64,000 nucleotides of DNA from Candidatus Krumholzibacteriales bacterium (GCA_046483305.1 JAWODM010000004.1:1-64000); one strand, 5' to 3'; shown: positions 33,201 through 40,351, counted from the stretch's first letter. Notes: generated by a model not told the origin, from the letters alone. Translations and numbers: made by a program.

Positions 33201-33358
33201 TAGAGGCTTCCGGGTCATCCGGCGGAGGCCCGGCATGGTACGAAGTAGAATGGGACGGCAGGAACGAGAACGGCTACCTGGTGAGAAACGGCGTCTATAT
33301 ATGCAAGATAGTGGCGGGAGGCAGAACGGCGGTATTCAAGATCGCTGTGACAAAGTAG
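21251..33358 (+). CDS. giant invasin/intimin-like Ig-repeat adhesin (4035 aa) with FlgD-Ig/T9SS-like CTD
   Basis: Signal peptide, Big_1-like repeats (ADGSD...V.DSYGNPVSG..V.F...TGTDG.A), later CARDB-like modules (VSxGQ...V.N.G.A), C-terminal HNYPNPF...WDGRNENG...NGVYICKI...FKIAVTK. Confidence 0.85.
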   Translation: MNNIVNYKRRLRTILLFLCLAIVPFSTAFSAQGSGTASITPSSDVIAGSAGEWAITYTAEESFSTGRISILIPDGWSDPQQSDSSSEGYITVSSQGSLAPTPISISGKLITISVDTLSTGQTITLVYGSDDISVGGRAVSQTNAQAGVEFTVSSHPNGSSPQEISSSPSLNVVAGSISALVFVTPAPAIDAGEITPVIRVQSVDQYGNPSPVDSVQTVGLTSSSSGGEFSIESGAQFSDTSSVVIEAGKDTVSFYYRDTITGLNTITASASGQSWDDAQQNVTVNPAASFRIAVSPRDTTLTAGEFGRYLIRIEDEYGNSSPVQSDQAIRLYTTGGAFYLPSDHSSSISEITVPASASSVNVDYMNTEMENILGYMLIFSDEDGQSPSLESTSTSVYIDPSGPDLAVSTINSDKASATADGSDQIALAVEVKDSYGNPVSGSSVLFEVGGSGNSVVQPAGVTGTDGLAAGTLTSTVAELKTVRATIDGSYMADSLEINFTSGSVDLAVSAISADRDSATADGSDQVALAVEVRDSYGNPVSGSSVLFEVGGSGNSVVQPAGVTGTDGLATGTLTSTVAELKTVRATIDGSYMADSLEINFTSGSVDLAVSAISADRDSATADGSDQVALTVEVRDSEGNPVSGSSVLFAVGGSGNSVVQPAGVTGTDGLATGTLASTVAELKTVRATIDGSYMADSLQIEFNPGNLDRFVITSDGYAVAGVGENITFETLDSEGNRITDYNGIVSIYTNTVETIDRIEWGIGTGTGTIISENGDTLQYQFADTDNGQVTFVFRDTKAELINIIAESGSVIDSSGDITVDHAGQDRVLVYSGNNQRAVVDKPVPEPLVVRVEDEYSNPVDNSQVTFSVINGGGIIDTDTIAAGIQDGAFTGSEGLAECQSWILGTTSGYNSDLVRAEIGSGTINSVQFVATSDHDKADSITLTPASGEVTVGSSTILTAELRDRFANLVTGQEAWVYIKDQQDGFLSEDAGNSNPTTGHGPGTRSGTTDSTGTITVIYNAPPSAGLVDIMDAYHSLVPAESVTDVQFTTVASGATRLAVEQISPEPVQAGETFSFVVKAEDSNGNIDPDNNSHIVLTPETGGGIVFSLTDFGTEITEADLSGGEITIYARGEKEGNWNIHVDASAPVLTAVDFPAEIIPNSTIAYYTITAPSDVVAGKNFGVEVRAKDSFANFIKDASRYIRLRAVSDADTSAASRSVLSVTEGNIVDGVFSTSAVSYDLAERIRIEVTDTISSIVKCSETLNIDHAPAFSIIELGGDSTMVTAGDSVLLRAAVEDRYGNRVDAEIVSFAVLEGGGGVESAQRLTGSDGTASVGYGTGTSAGTNRVRAAILDGSPEGLETVMYEIETVSGNDIDYVELEYTGSTYQAGEAIPCSISAYDQNGNLVASDSTTGLIPVSERAGMYFSPDTVTLAGGLASFTAFDPIAGQNRISIESLSGEVLYPFNDYITIIPASAYQITEVSGDTTGVISGDAVELKARVMDRYGNTIEDEVVRFSITSNLGGSPSLIDDTGDPLDGLVLSDAGGAARCSLVTDTNTGLNLVEASILDGDPPDRETVEFSVQSSAGNISRYEISVGQLIQEAGVSFDAEIVGIDLNGNIAFSDDTTRVVPGSSGSAVFSSDTLTLTGGAATVTVIDSIAERIALSAETAGGGALSYSDTLTIVPGDPAGSIDMFSVVPDTITANGISRSAITTEPVRDSFGNVVQEGSQITVTPSAGTISSDDFNNLLPGVQRVTGGSGRVSVFVTSGDIPSDVLVDFQSVEGSALGQAQLVFAPPPDCRYAGFIEPQFIVPGVDAQFRCRVENLSTTGIYINSSSSISLSDGTHTYTAQLGVPVFLSGLSADTLTFEQATVPAEFYAGTYSPEVYITGTDIYSSGYSAEFNAGNNSVAVSNIKITDVTPEKAVVSRGDTTGISVTVKNGGGTAVVMEDIQLQFSNGDYGDVGGWAPALNDTLLPGLIRTYTRNVRVLPFSPIGPDTVDAIAQASIPGGIDVFDYSADENKGVLLIQSGARLSYMPGTLDPEVVSTGQEHSFSFSVENLGEATLSIKGSQTYIEFADMTETFTAFSASDVAVAGLEITEMRFSSEQIPASMTTGIYPLTLHVNGSENGAPFDTSFVIADSVNVVAPASLQYLAGTLDPVSVSKGSSVSFSAVIFNSGGAEIDVDEDSTAIAFDDGVESFTASLQKQPAVVLSPGNNTVYFESEEIPEAMNTGDYEPVIVVRGNENGIPFAGTVITGDTISVQNPSQIAINRTDLPARITQDQAQWWEALVELENNGEASVRLDSIRCRLFSGGNEVTDEYIINQIDFDPGVDILNGGQVDSFRVRLEDNGLNNMTPGMIVMDSYIWGTDLNSNNQLVATTESGGKGGFLVETPAVPVVRGIYTSVDKATAMQERDWTVDVIFENEGESDLEFSFDPLQSYLVFSTSDDFALNYPSSFVSGSTVLPGGGVDTMRVEVDITGSVSGNCTVNIEATATEINSSRIISPITAGPSEEAEVSIQSPAQLTVTGVTALQDPVTIGQPNQWSIDLDVANTGGSDIELDTSNYDSTFVDIPQGSGFVFDFPGELESGGRLLAPSESGTLRFNVTSTGTVAPGRQVLTAAAAGTEINSGATVYYEYGESVSTDSLTFQLPPAPSYASGSLLPSSVSKGTDIQISLQLSGGGPEYSTLDLERSSTYAYFADAQGDTFKAVLSPLSGTVLEGGSVLTLNFESSRVDTSIEDGLYEVNLHLQGYENGNYYQADISTAPDVINVEKAPRLSIISMLNPSSVTASLQPSWDVRMVLHNTGEASVDLDLSESGSYLTFNIPPSGDITGEYDLVQPERLERSGTSILAGNQVDTLIFTVQTTGSTTGTAIINGHVTASDVNSGIVLTDDTFSGGGSYISVQQPGELEITETLLSQSSVTSGQTSPWQVEIELVNTGGAAVSLVPDSTYIYSDYTLDVPAPPVEFKEGGTTLSAGESGHLVFEVTPTPEASPGVNLSIYARAGVIEDNRAYFLYYDSGEQQSGFSSILLQSAPDLRTAALQNRAERNPFVNYGQRFPLAVSVENRGEAAASGLEISLSGDGASLIENPVHTIEEIAGMQAVYDTFFVQASSVSGIENFAASIGSALDTNSGESRVVRYSEALDSTAAADIQAPGLLEVDRLASSQSYVNAGQTVNWYLKAVVANRGEAPVTLLEPAADDVTFNIDMTELGDYLVVPPDMFMSGAPDLTLAGGEADSLEFVISTTGIDTGTVDINVSVDWVDNNMPDSTLASSEGNSSILVREPSGLRIISVTSSAPNSSSIPNTSFVNTGQEFEISVELENTGGDALDSIDVALATDGSSVITMVDSSRYLADGSRGSFVYSVKAPGQQGVEVLTASIARAVSVNTGEEVEPVQAVESSENLYIQLPADLVCATSIIMPQGAVDDTVSAGQVFTLEASVFNDGQAQVDDSGELRIMLPQEFSLTDSQQQPAIRSFAAGEKIQWSIRCPVSVSDFRSDTISVEIYTLPLDFNTAQPAFSSVDADSILVTTESPASITGCGLSITSPDGAVDGVLSTGQNFTVTASVEPSDNSYSCWAQLSLPAGYSSSNELYREIGSGDGTARTVDWNLTAPVNPDNTPVTIELATGGVDENSGFTFTGCSAAEAVETEQAAILNLAASITGPDQALEGILSLGLPFTVGARVTNKGSAGIDTSGARLEIETPAGYTVTGQSSKPFYPGEPVSWNLMAPSEVTNPGNIYVRFSEPYAADINSNSEAEADTAEVSIPVRTEAGKIRMSNLSSDSIPPRVVPQGARDVQMLKVGFLNESVYTVGLDSIYFSISGKNGNILDDPSRAADSISLVTSSRIFSAAVGNINPVPVAVDHAFTIDSLSADTVMVSMDVAENGMTGQIILEIAGNSDVVFSIGQGAVPVGISWIEGGDIAGHFRNSPFNVMSGEFKEYAHNYPNPFMAGTENTRITYLLEEPSAVSINIYDYTGIPVWSRQIEASGSSGGGPAWYEVEWDGRNENGYLVRNGVYICKIVAGGRTAVFKIAVTK
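22460..23350 (+). repeat. three tandem 303-bp (101-aa) near-identical Big_1 repeats
   Basis: GACAGC.GACGGATCTGACCAG recurs at 22501, 22804 and 23107. Confidence 0.95.
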
Positions 33359-33364
33359 GAAAGT

Positions 33365-35257
33365 ATGAGGAACAGGAAATTGATAATAACCGCTATGCTG
33401 TTGACGGCATTAATCTGCCGGGGGGCGGCTGCGGCCGAAGGGGTGGGGGGAACCAGATCGGTTTTCATCCTCGGAGCCGGTTCCAGGGCTATATCGATGG
33501 GTGGAGCATTCTCGGCGATTGGTGACGATCCTTCAGTTATTTACTATAATCCGGCGGGGTTGAGGCTGAACCGCTACCGGGCCGTAACGGTAAATCATAT
33601 TCAGTTGTTTTCGGGATTTACCGATGCAAACTATGATTTTGTGGGGCTGGTCTATCCCACGCTTTCAGCAGGTTCACTGGGACTGGGTATAATGACCACC
33701 GGGACCGGGGGGATACGGGAATTTGACGAATACAGTGTGGAGACGGGAGAAATATCCTACCGGGAGAGCCAGGGGGTGCTGGGGTATGCCGCCAATCTTC
33801 CATTCGAATATTTTGGAAAGTTTACGGTAGGCACGTCGATAAAGTTCCTGAACCAGAGAATCGGCGATTATTCGGATAATGGAGCCGGGATGGACCTCGG
33901 AGTGATCTACAGGCAGCCTTATATAAAGGGGCTGACTCTGGGTTGCAATCTGCAGGATATAATAGGAGCGGAAACGAAACTGAGGTCCAGGATCGACAAA
34001 CTGGACAGAACTATAATGCTGGGGATAGGTTACTCGCGTGATTTCGGCAGTTCTGTAATAATGACCGCAGCCGCACAGATTGACATGCCGGAAAGAGCGG
34101 ATAATGATATCAGGTTCGGGCTTGAGTGCAGGATAAAGAATATAGTAAGTATCAGATTTGGATATGATTCCGAACAGCTGACCGCCGGTATCGGTTTTTC
34201 ATGGATGGGCTACTCTGCTGATTATGGGTACTTCAGCCGTGAAGAGGCGGGGAGTTCTCATCCGGTATCTCTCTCCATGAGATATGGAATGTCTATCGAC
34301 GAGAAGAAGGAACTGCGTGAGATGGAGAGAAGAATGGAGGATGAGGCCTACTTCCGGGAGGTTCTGGCAGACCGGGCCGGGAGGAATATGGAGGAGGCGG
34401 ATTCGCTTATATCGTCGGGAGAGCTTGACGAAGCTTATGATAAACTCAAACTGGTGCTTGAATACGATCCATCCAACCGGGAAGCGGCGGAGAAGATGTC
34501 AGAGCTGGAAGAAAAGATTCTGCGGAATCAGCAGAGCAGGCTCCGGTCCGCGGAGAAACAGTCCCTTCTGGATTATCATCTGAAGGCGGGCCTGAGATTT
34601 TACAGAAATAATGAATATGTTCAGTCAAGGGATGAATGGGAAGCGCTGCTGGAGCTGGATCCCGGGAACCAGCAGGCCATTGATTATCTTGAGAGGATCG
34701 GGGAAAAACTGGAAGAGAGGATCGAAAATTACAGGAAGCGGGCCAGAGATTATGAACGGCGGGGAATGCTGGCCGAAGCGCTGGACATCTGGAATATCAT
34801 AAAGGGGCTGGACCCCGGAGATAAATCGGCTCAGCGGGAGTATGACCGTATAAAGCGGGACATGCAGGAACTGAGCGAGGATTTTGACGCTACCAGGAAG
34901 AAGCTGGAGGTAATAGACATTTTCAACAGCGCCCTGAGCAGCTTCAATAATGGCGATTACTCTGAAACAGTAAATCTGCTTAACAGAGTGCTTGATCTGG
35001 ATCCGGATCACCGGGAAGCTACCAGGCTGATGCAGAGAGCGAAGAGAAGGCTAACTCCCCTCAATGAGAGTGAGAAAAAACAGATCAGGGACCTCTATGT
35101 GGAAGGGATGAAGTTCTTCAACCAGAAGAAGTTCAAATCCGCGATAGAGCTGTGGGAGAAGATACTGAAGATCAACCCCGAAAATGAAAGTGTAAAACAG
35201 AATATAGAAGAAGCCAGGAGAAGGCTGGATACGATTGATCAAAAAGAGAGCAATTAA
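33365..35257 (+). CDS. PorV/PorQ-family outer-membrane barrel fused to C-terminal TPR repeats
   Basis: LGAGSRAISMGGAFSAIGDDPSVIYYNPAGL, then barrel strands, then TPR-like helices ending LEYDPSN, LELDPGN, LDLDPDH, LKINPEN. Confidence 0.85.
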   Translation: MRNRKLIITAMLLTALICRGAAAAEGVGGTRSVFILGAGSRAISMGGAFSAIGDDPSVIYYNPAGLRLNRYRAVTVNHIQLFSGFTDANYDFVGLVYPTLSAGSLGLGIMTTGTGGIREFDEYSVETGEISYRESQGVLGYAANLPFEYFGKFTVGTSIKFLNQRIGDYSDNGAGMDLGVIYRQPYIKGLTLGCNLQDIIGAETKLRSRIDKLDRTIMLGIGYSRDFGSSVIMTAAAQIDMPERADNDIRFGLECRIKNIVSIRFGYDSEQLTAGIGFSWMGYSADYGYFSREEAGSSHPVSLSMRYGMSIDEKKELREMERRMEDEAYFREVLADRAGRNMEEADSLISSGELDEAYDKLKLVLEYDPSNREAAEKMSELEEKILRNQQSRLRSAEKQSLLDYHLKAGLRFYRNNEYVQSRDEWEALLELDPGNQQAIDYLERIGEKLEERIENYRKRARDYERRGMLAEALDIWNIIKGLDPGDKSAQREYDRIKRDMQELSEDFDATRKKLEVIDIFNSALSSFNNGDYSETVNLLNRVLDLDPDHREATRLMQRAKRRLTPLNESEKKQIRDLYVEGMKFFNQKKFKSAIELWEKILKINPENESVKQNIEEARRRLDTIDQKESN

Positions 35258-38200
35258 TTGAAGAGAGACCGTATAAAGAAGAGAGAAGAATTCCATCTCA
35301 AAATCAAGGCTGATGAGAACAATCTCCATCAGGTAAGAGATTTTATCTCGGATATCTGTTCCAGGATAGGGTTCAGCCAGCGGGAGACCAACAATACCAA
35401 GCTGGCCGTGGACGAGGCCTGTACCAATATAATCAAGCACGCCTACGAAGGCGAATCCGGCGATATTGAAGTCAGAGTATATGCGGAACCGGGCAAAATT
35501 GATATCAGTCTCCACGACAGCGGACAATCGTTTGAATGGTCGGATGTGGAAGATCCGGACCTTGATGAGTATGTGAAGATGGGCAAAAAAGGCGGTTTGG
35601 GCATATACCTAATGAATCAGTTGATGGACGACCTTGATTATACCGCCTCCCCGTCCGGTAACAGCCTGTACATGTCCAAGTCTGTCTCAGAAGCAGCGGA
35701 AGGCAGAAAACCGATATTCGTGTCCATCAAACCGAAGTGGACTCAGACTCTGAGATTCAAATTCTTTATAAGAGCCTCGGCCGGGCTATTTATGCTGATG
35801 GTTCTTATAGGGGTATTCCAGTACATTAATCAGAGCAACGAAATGAAAAACAGTATGAACAAGGAATGGATGCGGATCAGGAATATTGCTTCAGCACTGG
35901 AGGACCGCAGCGAGAACGCTCTGGTCCGCATGGATCCTTACCACCCGGAGTACCGCAAAGTGGGGGAATTCATACATGAGACCATTGCCAAGAATCCGGA
36001 AATAAAATATATGAAGGTAATTAATAATGATGGGCTTATTGTTTCCTCAAGCGATGTTGATGAGTTTGAACAAAGATACAGGGTGCCGTCGGGAGCGGTC
36101 AAAATTAATCCGGCTGGCACCTGGATAGAGAAGAGCGCTGAAGGGGCGGAGTTGAAGGAACTCCACCTCCCGGTAGTGCTGTTGGAGAAGGATTCCGGAG
36201 GCACGGTTCAGATGGGAAGGGTGGTGGTAGGAGTGTCGTCGAGTCAGATCGCCATGGGAATAGAGGACAACAGATTAAGAACCATAATGATTATGGTGGG
36301 GGTGTTCTTTATAGGGATTGGTCTGATCTATCTTCTGATCTCCATATTTGTCAAACCCATACAGACACTTACAGATGGAGTCAGAGCCATCGGCGAGGGT
36401 TCGCTTCATGATGAACTCGAAGTGAACGGCCCGGAGGAGATCGGTGCTATTGCCAGAGCGTTTAATGATATATCCGCCAAGTTCCGGAAAGCTCAGGAAA
36501 ATATAGTGGAGCAGGAGAGAATATACAAGGAGATGCAGGTGGCCCAGGAGATTCAGCACTCCCTGCTTCCCCGGACGGTTCCCGAAGTAAGCGGTTACGA
36601 TATAGCAAGTTATTATAAGGCAGCCAAGGAAGTAGGCGGAGATTATTATGACTTCATGAATGTTGATAACGATACCCTTGGCGTAGTGGTTGCCGACGTG
36701 TCGGGTAAGGGCGTGCCGGGCTCTCTGGTTATGACGATGATCAGAACAGCGATGCGTATGGAGGCAAGAGGAAACCATTCAGCGGCTGATGTGATGTCGA
36801 GAATGAATGAATTTGTGATGGATGATATGAAGAAAGGTATGTTCGTAACGGTATTCTACGTAATTCTCGATTCCAGGAACAGGGTCATAAGTTATTCCAG
36901 CGCGGGTCATAATCCGATGATCCTGTTCAGGGCGGAAACCAGGGAAACATATTTTCTTAATCCCAGGGGTTTCCCGGTGGGGATTAACCTTCCTGATGAC
37001 AGGCTGTTCAAGAAATCGATAGACGTGGAGAAAATCAAACTCAAGAAAGATGATATGCTCATCATATACACCGACGGTGTGACCGAGGCGATGAACGAAA
37101 ACAGGGAGCAGTACGGGGAGGAGAGGCTGCTGAGCCTGATCAGGGAAAACGGCGACAAATCGCCGCAGGAGTTTATAGATAAAATGAATGAGGATATCAG
37201 CGGATTTACCGGGAATGAGCCTCAGAATGACGATATTACGGTAGTGTCGATAAAAGAGAAATATATGGCTGATGATGTTCTTTCCAGTCTCAGAAGGAAG
37301 CTTATCGACCTGGTCAGAATAGACGGGCTGACTGTTACCGAAGCCTGCAGGAAAATGAATGTTTCTCCCTCCACATATTACCGGTACAAGAAGAGGCTTG
37401 AACTGATGGGAGAGAGGGGCTTGAAAAACAAGTCTCTGAGAAGCGATCACGATATCAGGCGCCTCAGTAATGAACAAAGGGAAACTCTTCTTGAAATAAT
37501 AACGGAAAATCCCCGCTTCGGCCCCAAGAGGATTTCTGATCGAATCAGTGAGAGAAGGGGCAACGGAGGTTATGTAAGCCCCTCGCTGATATATGAAGAA
37601 CTCAAGAGAATGAGGCTTAACACCTTTGAAAAGAGGCTGGAATACCTGAGAAGGAATAATATTATCTCCAAGACCGAATTCGAAGAACTCAGGAAGGGAA
37701 TGGTATCCGGAGTCAAGTCTGATGAGACAGAACTTCAGGAGAAAGATCAGCGCCAGCCTGATGCGGTGCCGGAACAGACAGTTGACCGGGGGGAGGAGCC
37801 TGCCGTTGAAAGCCAGGCTGCCACCGAACTGGTTGAAGATGAGCAGTATCCGGAAGAATATTCCATTGTGACTATAGAGGAGAGTACTTACTCGGATGAT
37901 ATAGCTCTTCTGAAGGTATCGGGCCATCTGGATTCCTCATCTACAGGAAAGCTGGAGAAAGCCCTTGAGAAATTGCACGAAAGTGATGGGGCCAGAAACC
38001 TTATAGTTGATCTGGAAGATGTTTCATATATAAGCAGCGGAGGATGGGGATTATTCGTGGGAAGAGTAAAAAGCCTCAGAGAGAAGAAGGCAGATGTGGT
38101 CCTGGTCGGGATGAATCCTGAGGTATACGACGTATTCGAGCTTCTGGGATTCCAGGATATTCTGATGCAGTACCGCACCATCGAGGAAGCGGAAGAGTAT

Positions 38201-39490
38201 CTGTCAACACCATTCGCAAAGAGAGAAAAGAAGTTTAAACGCGGAACCGGCGCTGAAGAGGTGCGGAAAAAGAAGATATCTGATAGGGAAAGAGAAGCTG
38301 CCGGCATAGAATCTCCCCTTAAAATAAGTGTTGGTTCGGTAGGCAAAGAGGGTGAGATAAGAATTCTGGAGCTGGAGGGTATAGTAGATACGGTGAGCTG
38401 CGCGGAAATGCGCGACATTCTGGAGAAAATAATAGAAAAGGGCATTATCAGGATAATCGTCGATATGTCCAGAGTTGAATATGTCAGCAGCGCGGGGTGG
38501 GGAGTGTTCGCGGGGGTAATCGAAGATCTTAGAGACAGAGGCGGAGATATCAAAATATTCGGCATGGATGTAGAGGTATACAGAATATTCAAACTTCTGG
38601 AATTCGATAAGGTTATCCGCTCATTCAATATCATGGCCGAGGCGCTGGAGGATTTCGACACCATAACGGGCCGTCCCTCTGTAGAGAGCGCCCAGCCGGA
38701 GACGGAACCGGAGCATGAGACTGAGGAACCGGAAGACATCAGTTTCATGCACCGGATTGAAGAAGTCGAAAGCGGAACCAGCAGGGGATCCGTGTTGAAG
38801 GTTGAAGGCGCTATCGATGCTTCAACCACAGACAGTTTCGATAATCTCATTACCCGCTCCGGACTGAATGGGAACGATTTTCTTATTATAGATCTTGCCG
38901 GCGTAGTCTATATCAGCAGCGGCGGTTGGGGGGTTATTGCAAAACATGCCCAGGAATTAGCCGGCAGAGACACCAGCCTGGTTCTCGCGGGTATGAGCCA
39001 GGCCCTGGTAAAGATATACAGGGACCTTGGATTCGAACCGCTCATAGATAATTTTGTCGACCTGGAAAAAGCGAGAGAATACTTTGAGATAGAAAACCGG
39101 AAAGCCCCCGGGGAACCAGCGAAGCAACAATCGCCTGCCGGCGGGGAATCTGTACGGGAAGCTGGAAGTTCGGATTCTGCCACGGAATCCATGACTCCGC
39201 CACAGGGTGAGCCGGAGGAATCAGAGGAGCGGATCAGCTATTCTTCGGCAATTCCAAGGGAAAAGAGATTAAATGATATATCCGCAAGGGGAGCGGTCAG
39301 TTCCGATCCTGAAGATCAGCTTCCCGGAATTGATCAGGATTCATCCCCGGAAGATCTGAATCCGGATCGGGACAAGGTTGAGACTGCTGAGGATAAGGAC
39401 AGGAAGATCAGGGATCTGGGCTGGAAGGATTACGGCAGAAAACTGAAGCGGAAAAATGATAACGGCAGTAATAGAGGCGGAAAAGAATGA
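35258..39490 (+). CDS. multidomain partner-switching protein: RsbW-type kinase - TM - extracytoplasmic domain - TM - HAMP - SpoIIE/PP2C phosphatase - HTH - 3xSTAS
   Basis: LAVDEACTNIIKHAY, DSG, GGLGIYLM (kinase); VGGDYYD, ADVSGKG, AGHNP, YTDGVTEA, DDIT (phosphatase); three YI/VSS.GWG STAS motifs. TTG start immediately after the upstream stop. Confidence 0.9.
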   Translation: MKRDRIKKREEFHLKIKADENNLHQVRDFISDICSRIGFSQRETNNTKLAVDEACTNIIKHAYEGESGDIEVRVYAEPGKIDISLHDSGQSFEWSDVEDPDLDEYVKMGKKGGLGIYLMNQLMDDLDYTASPSGNSLYMSKSVSEAAEGRKPIFVSIKPKWTQTLRFKFFIRASAGLFMLMVLIGVFQYINQSNEMKNSMNKEWMRIRNIASALEDRSENALVRMDPYHPEYRKVGEFIHETIAKNPEIKYMKVINNDGLIVSSSDVDEFEQRYRVPSGAVKINPAGTWIEKSAEGAELKELHLPVVLLEKDSGGTVQMGRVVVGVSSSQIAMGIEDNRLRTIMIMVGVFFIGIGLIYLLISIFVKPIQTLTDGVRAIGEGSLHDELEVNGPEEIGAIARAFNDISAKFRKAQENIVEQERIYKEMQVAQEIQHSLLPRTVPEVSGYDIASYYKAAKEVGGDYYDFMNVDNDTLGVVVADVSGKGVPGSLVMTMIRTAMRMEARGNHSAADVMSRMNEFVMDDMKKGMFVTVFYVILDSRNRVISYSSAGHNPMILFRAETRETYFLNPRGFPVGINLPDDRLFKKSIDVEKIKLKKDDMLIIYTDGVTEAMNENREQYGEERLLSLIRENGDKSPQEFIDKMNEDISGFTGNEPQNDDITVVSIKEKYMADDVLSSLRRKLIDLVRIDGLTVTEACRKMNVSPSTYYRYKKRLELMGERGLKNKSLRSDHDIRRLSNEQRETLLEIITENPRFGPKRISDRISERRGNGGYVSPSLIYEELKRMRLNTFEKRLEYLRRNNIISKTEFEELRKGMVSGVKSDETELQEKDQRQPDAVPEQTVDRGEEPAVESQAATELVEDEQYPEEYSIVTIEESTYSDDIALLKVSGHLDSSSTGKLEKALEKLHESDGARNLIVDLEDVSYISSGGWGLFVGRVKSLREKKADVVLVGMNPEVYDVFELLGFQDILMQYRTIEEAEEYLSTPFAKREKKFKRGTGAEEVRKKKISDREREAAGIESPLKISVGSVGKEGEIRILELEGIVDTVSCAEMRDILEKIIEKGIIRIIVDMSRVEYVSSAGWGVFAGVIEDLRDRGGDIKIFGMDVEVYRIFKLLEFDKVIRSFNIMAEALEDFDTITGRPSVESAQPETEPEHETEEPEDISFMHRIEEVESGTSRGSVLKVEGAIDASTTDSFDNLITRSGLNGNDFLIIDLAGVVYISSGGWGVIAKHAQELAGRDTSLVLAGMSQALVKIYRDLGFEPLIDNFVDLEKAREYFEIENRKAPGEPAKQQSPAGGESVREAGSSDSATESMTPPQGEPEESEERISYSSAIPREKRLNDISARGAVSSDPEDQLPGIDQDSSPEDLNPDRDKVETAEDKDRKIRDLGWKDYGRKLKRKNDNGSNRGGKE

Positions 39491-40224
39491 AGAAATACGC
39501 CGTAATGACAATGAAGGGCGGGACCGGGAAAACTACCACCGCGGTGAACCTGTCCCATGGTTTATCACTGAGCGGAAATAAGGTTCTTCTGATTGACTGT
39601 GATCCCCAGAGAAATGCCTCAATCACCTTCGGCAGGAAAAGCGCCAGGGGGCTCTCCAGTCTGTTGAGGGGGCGGGATGTAGATATACTTGAAGTAAGGC
39701 AAAACCTCTTTCTCATTGATTCCGGGGGGCGGGACCTGGTGGAAGTGGAGCTGCTGCTGGGAAGAAATAAATTCAGGGAAAGAAGAATGCTGAAAGCGCT
39801 TTCGCAACTGAAAGGCTGTGATTACGTGATATGCGATTGCCCTCCTTCCATGAGCCTTATAAACATCAATGTTCTTACTTTCTGTGATCAGGTTATATTG
39901 CCGGTATCTCTTGATCATCTCTCACGGGCAGGGGTTGAGCAGACCATAAAGATGATTGATGAAGTAAAATGGGTTTCTGACAGGAAAGAAATAGATTTTA
40001 GAATACTGGCCACTTTTTATGACCTCAGGACTAATATTTCAAAGGAGCTTCTGAAGAAGATCAGAGAGGATTTCGGCGATAAGGTATATCAAACAGTAAT
40101 AAGAATCAATACCGCTCTCAGGGAAGCGCCCGGAGACGGGAAGACTATATATGAGCATTCACCGCTCTCAAGGGGAGCATTTGATTATTACAGGCTCACC
40201 GAAGAGATACTTAACGGGGGTTGA
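39487..40224 (+). CDS. ParA/Soj family ATPase (no parB in window)
   Basis: Deviant Walker A KGGTGKTT, IDCDPQRN, DCPPS, IRINTALREAP. ATGA overlap with the upstream gene. Confidence 0.92.
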   Translation: MKKYAVMTMKGGTGKTTTAVNLSHGLSLSGNKVLLIDCDPQRNASITFGRKSARGLSSLLRGRDVDILEVRQNLFLIDSGGRDLVEVELLLGRNKFRERRMLKALSQLKGCDYVICDCPPSMSLININVLTFCDQVILPVSLDHLSRAGVEQTIKMIDEVKWVSDRKEIDFRILATFYDLRTNISKELLKKIREDFGDKVYQTVIRINTALREAPGDGKTIYEHSPLSRGAFDYYRLTEEILNGG

Positions 40225-40351
40225 AAGTTAAGTATTTAATAGAACCGGGGATTGTATTATTATACTATAAGAAGGAATTTCATGCCGGGATTTCGCAAGC
40301 ATAATCAGTTGCCTTTACTGACAGAGCAAATATTACCGGAGTGACGAAGAG

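Noticed and set aside
37292..37620. Intact IS element inside the sensor gene
   Set aside because: Only the HTH region is present, with no catalytic domain, terminal repeats or target duplication. Reported instead as a possible domesticated domain.
36779..38850. 382-aa and 320-aa minus-strand ORFs, considered as a possible hidden transposase
   Set aside because: Antisense to the motif-rich 1410-aa gene; no DDE or other recognisable motif.
40229..40254. SigB-like promoter GTTAAG-N14-GGGGAT before the TPR gene
   Set aside because: Weak match to the consensus and no cognate sigma factor in the window.
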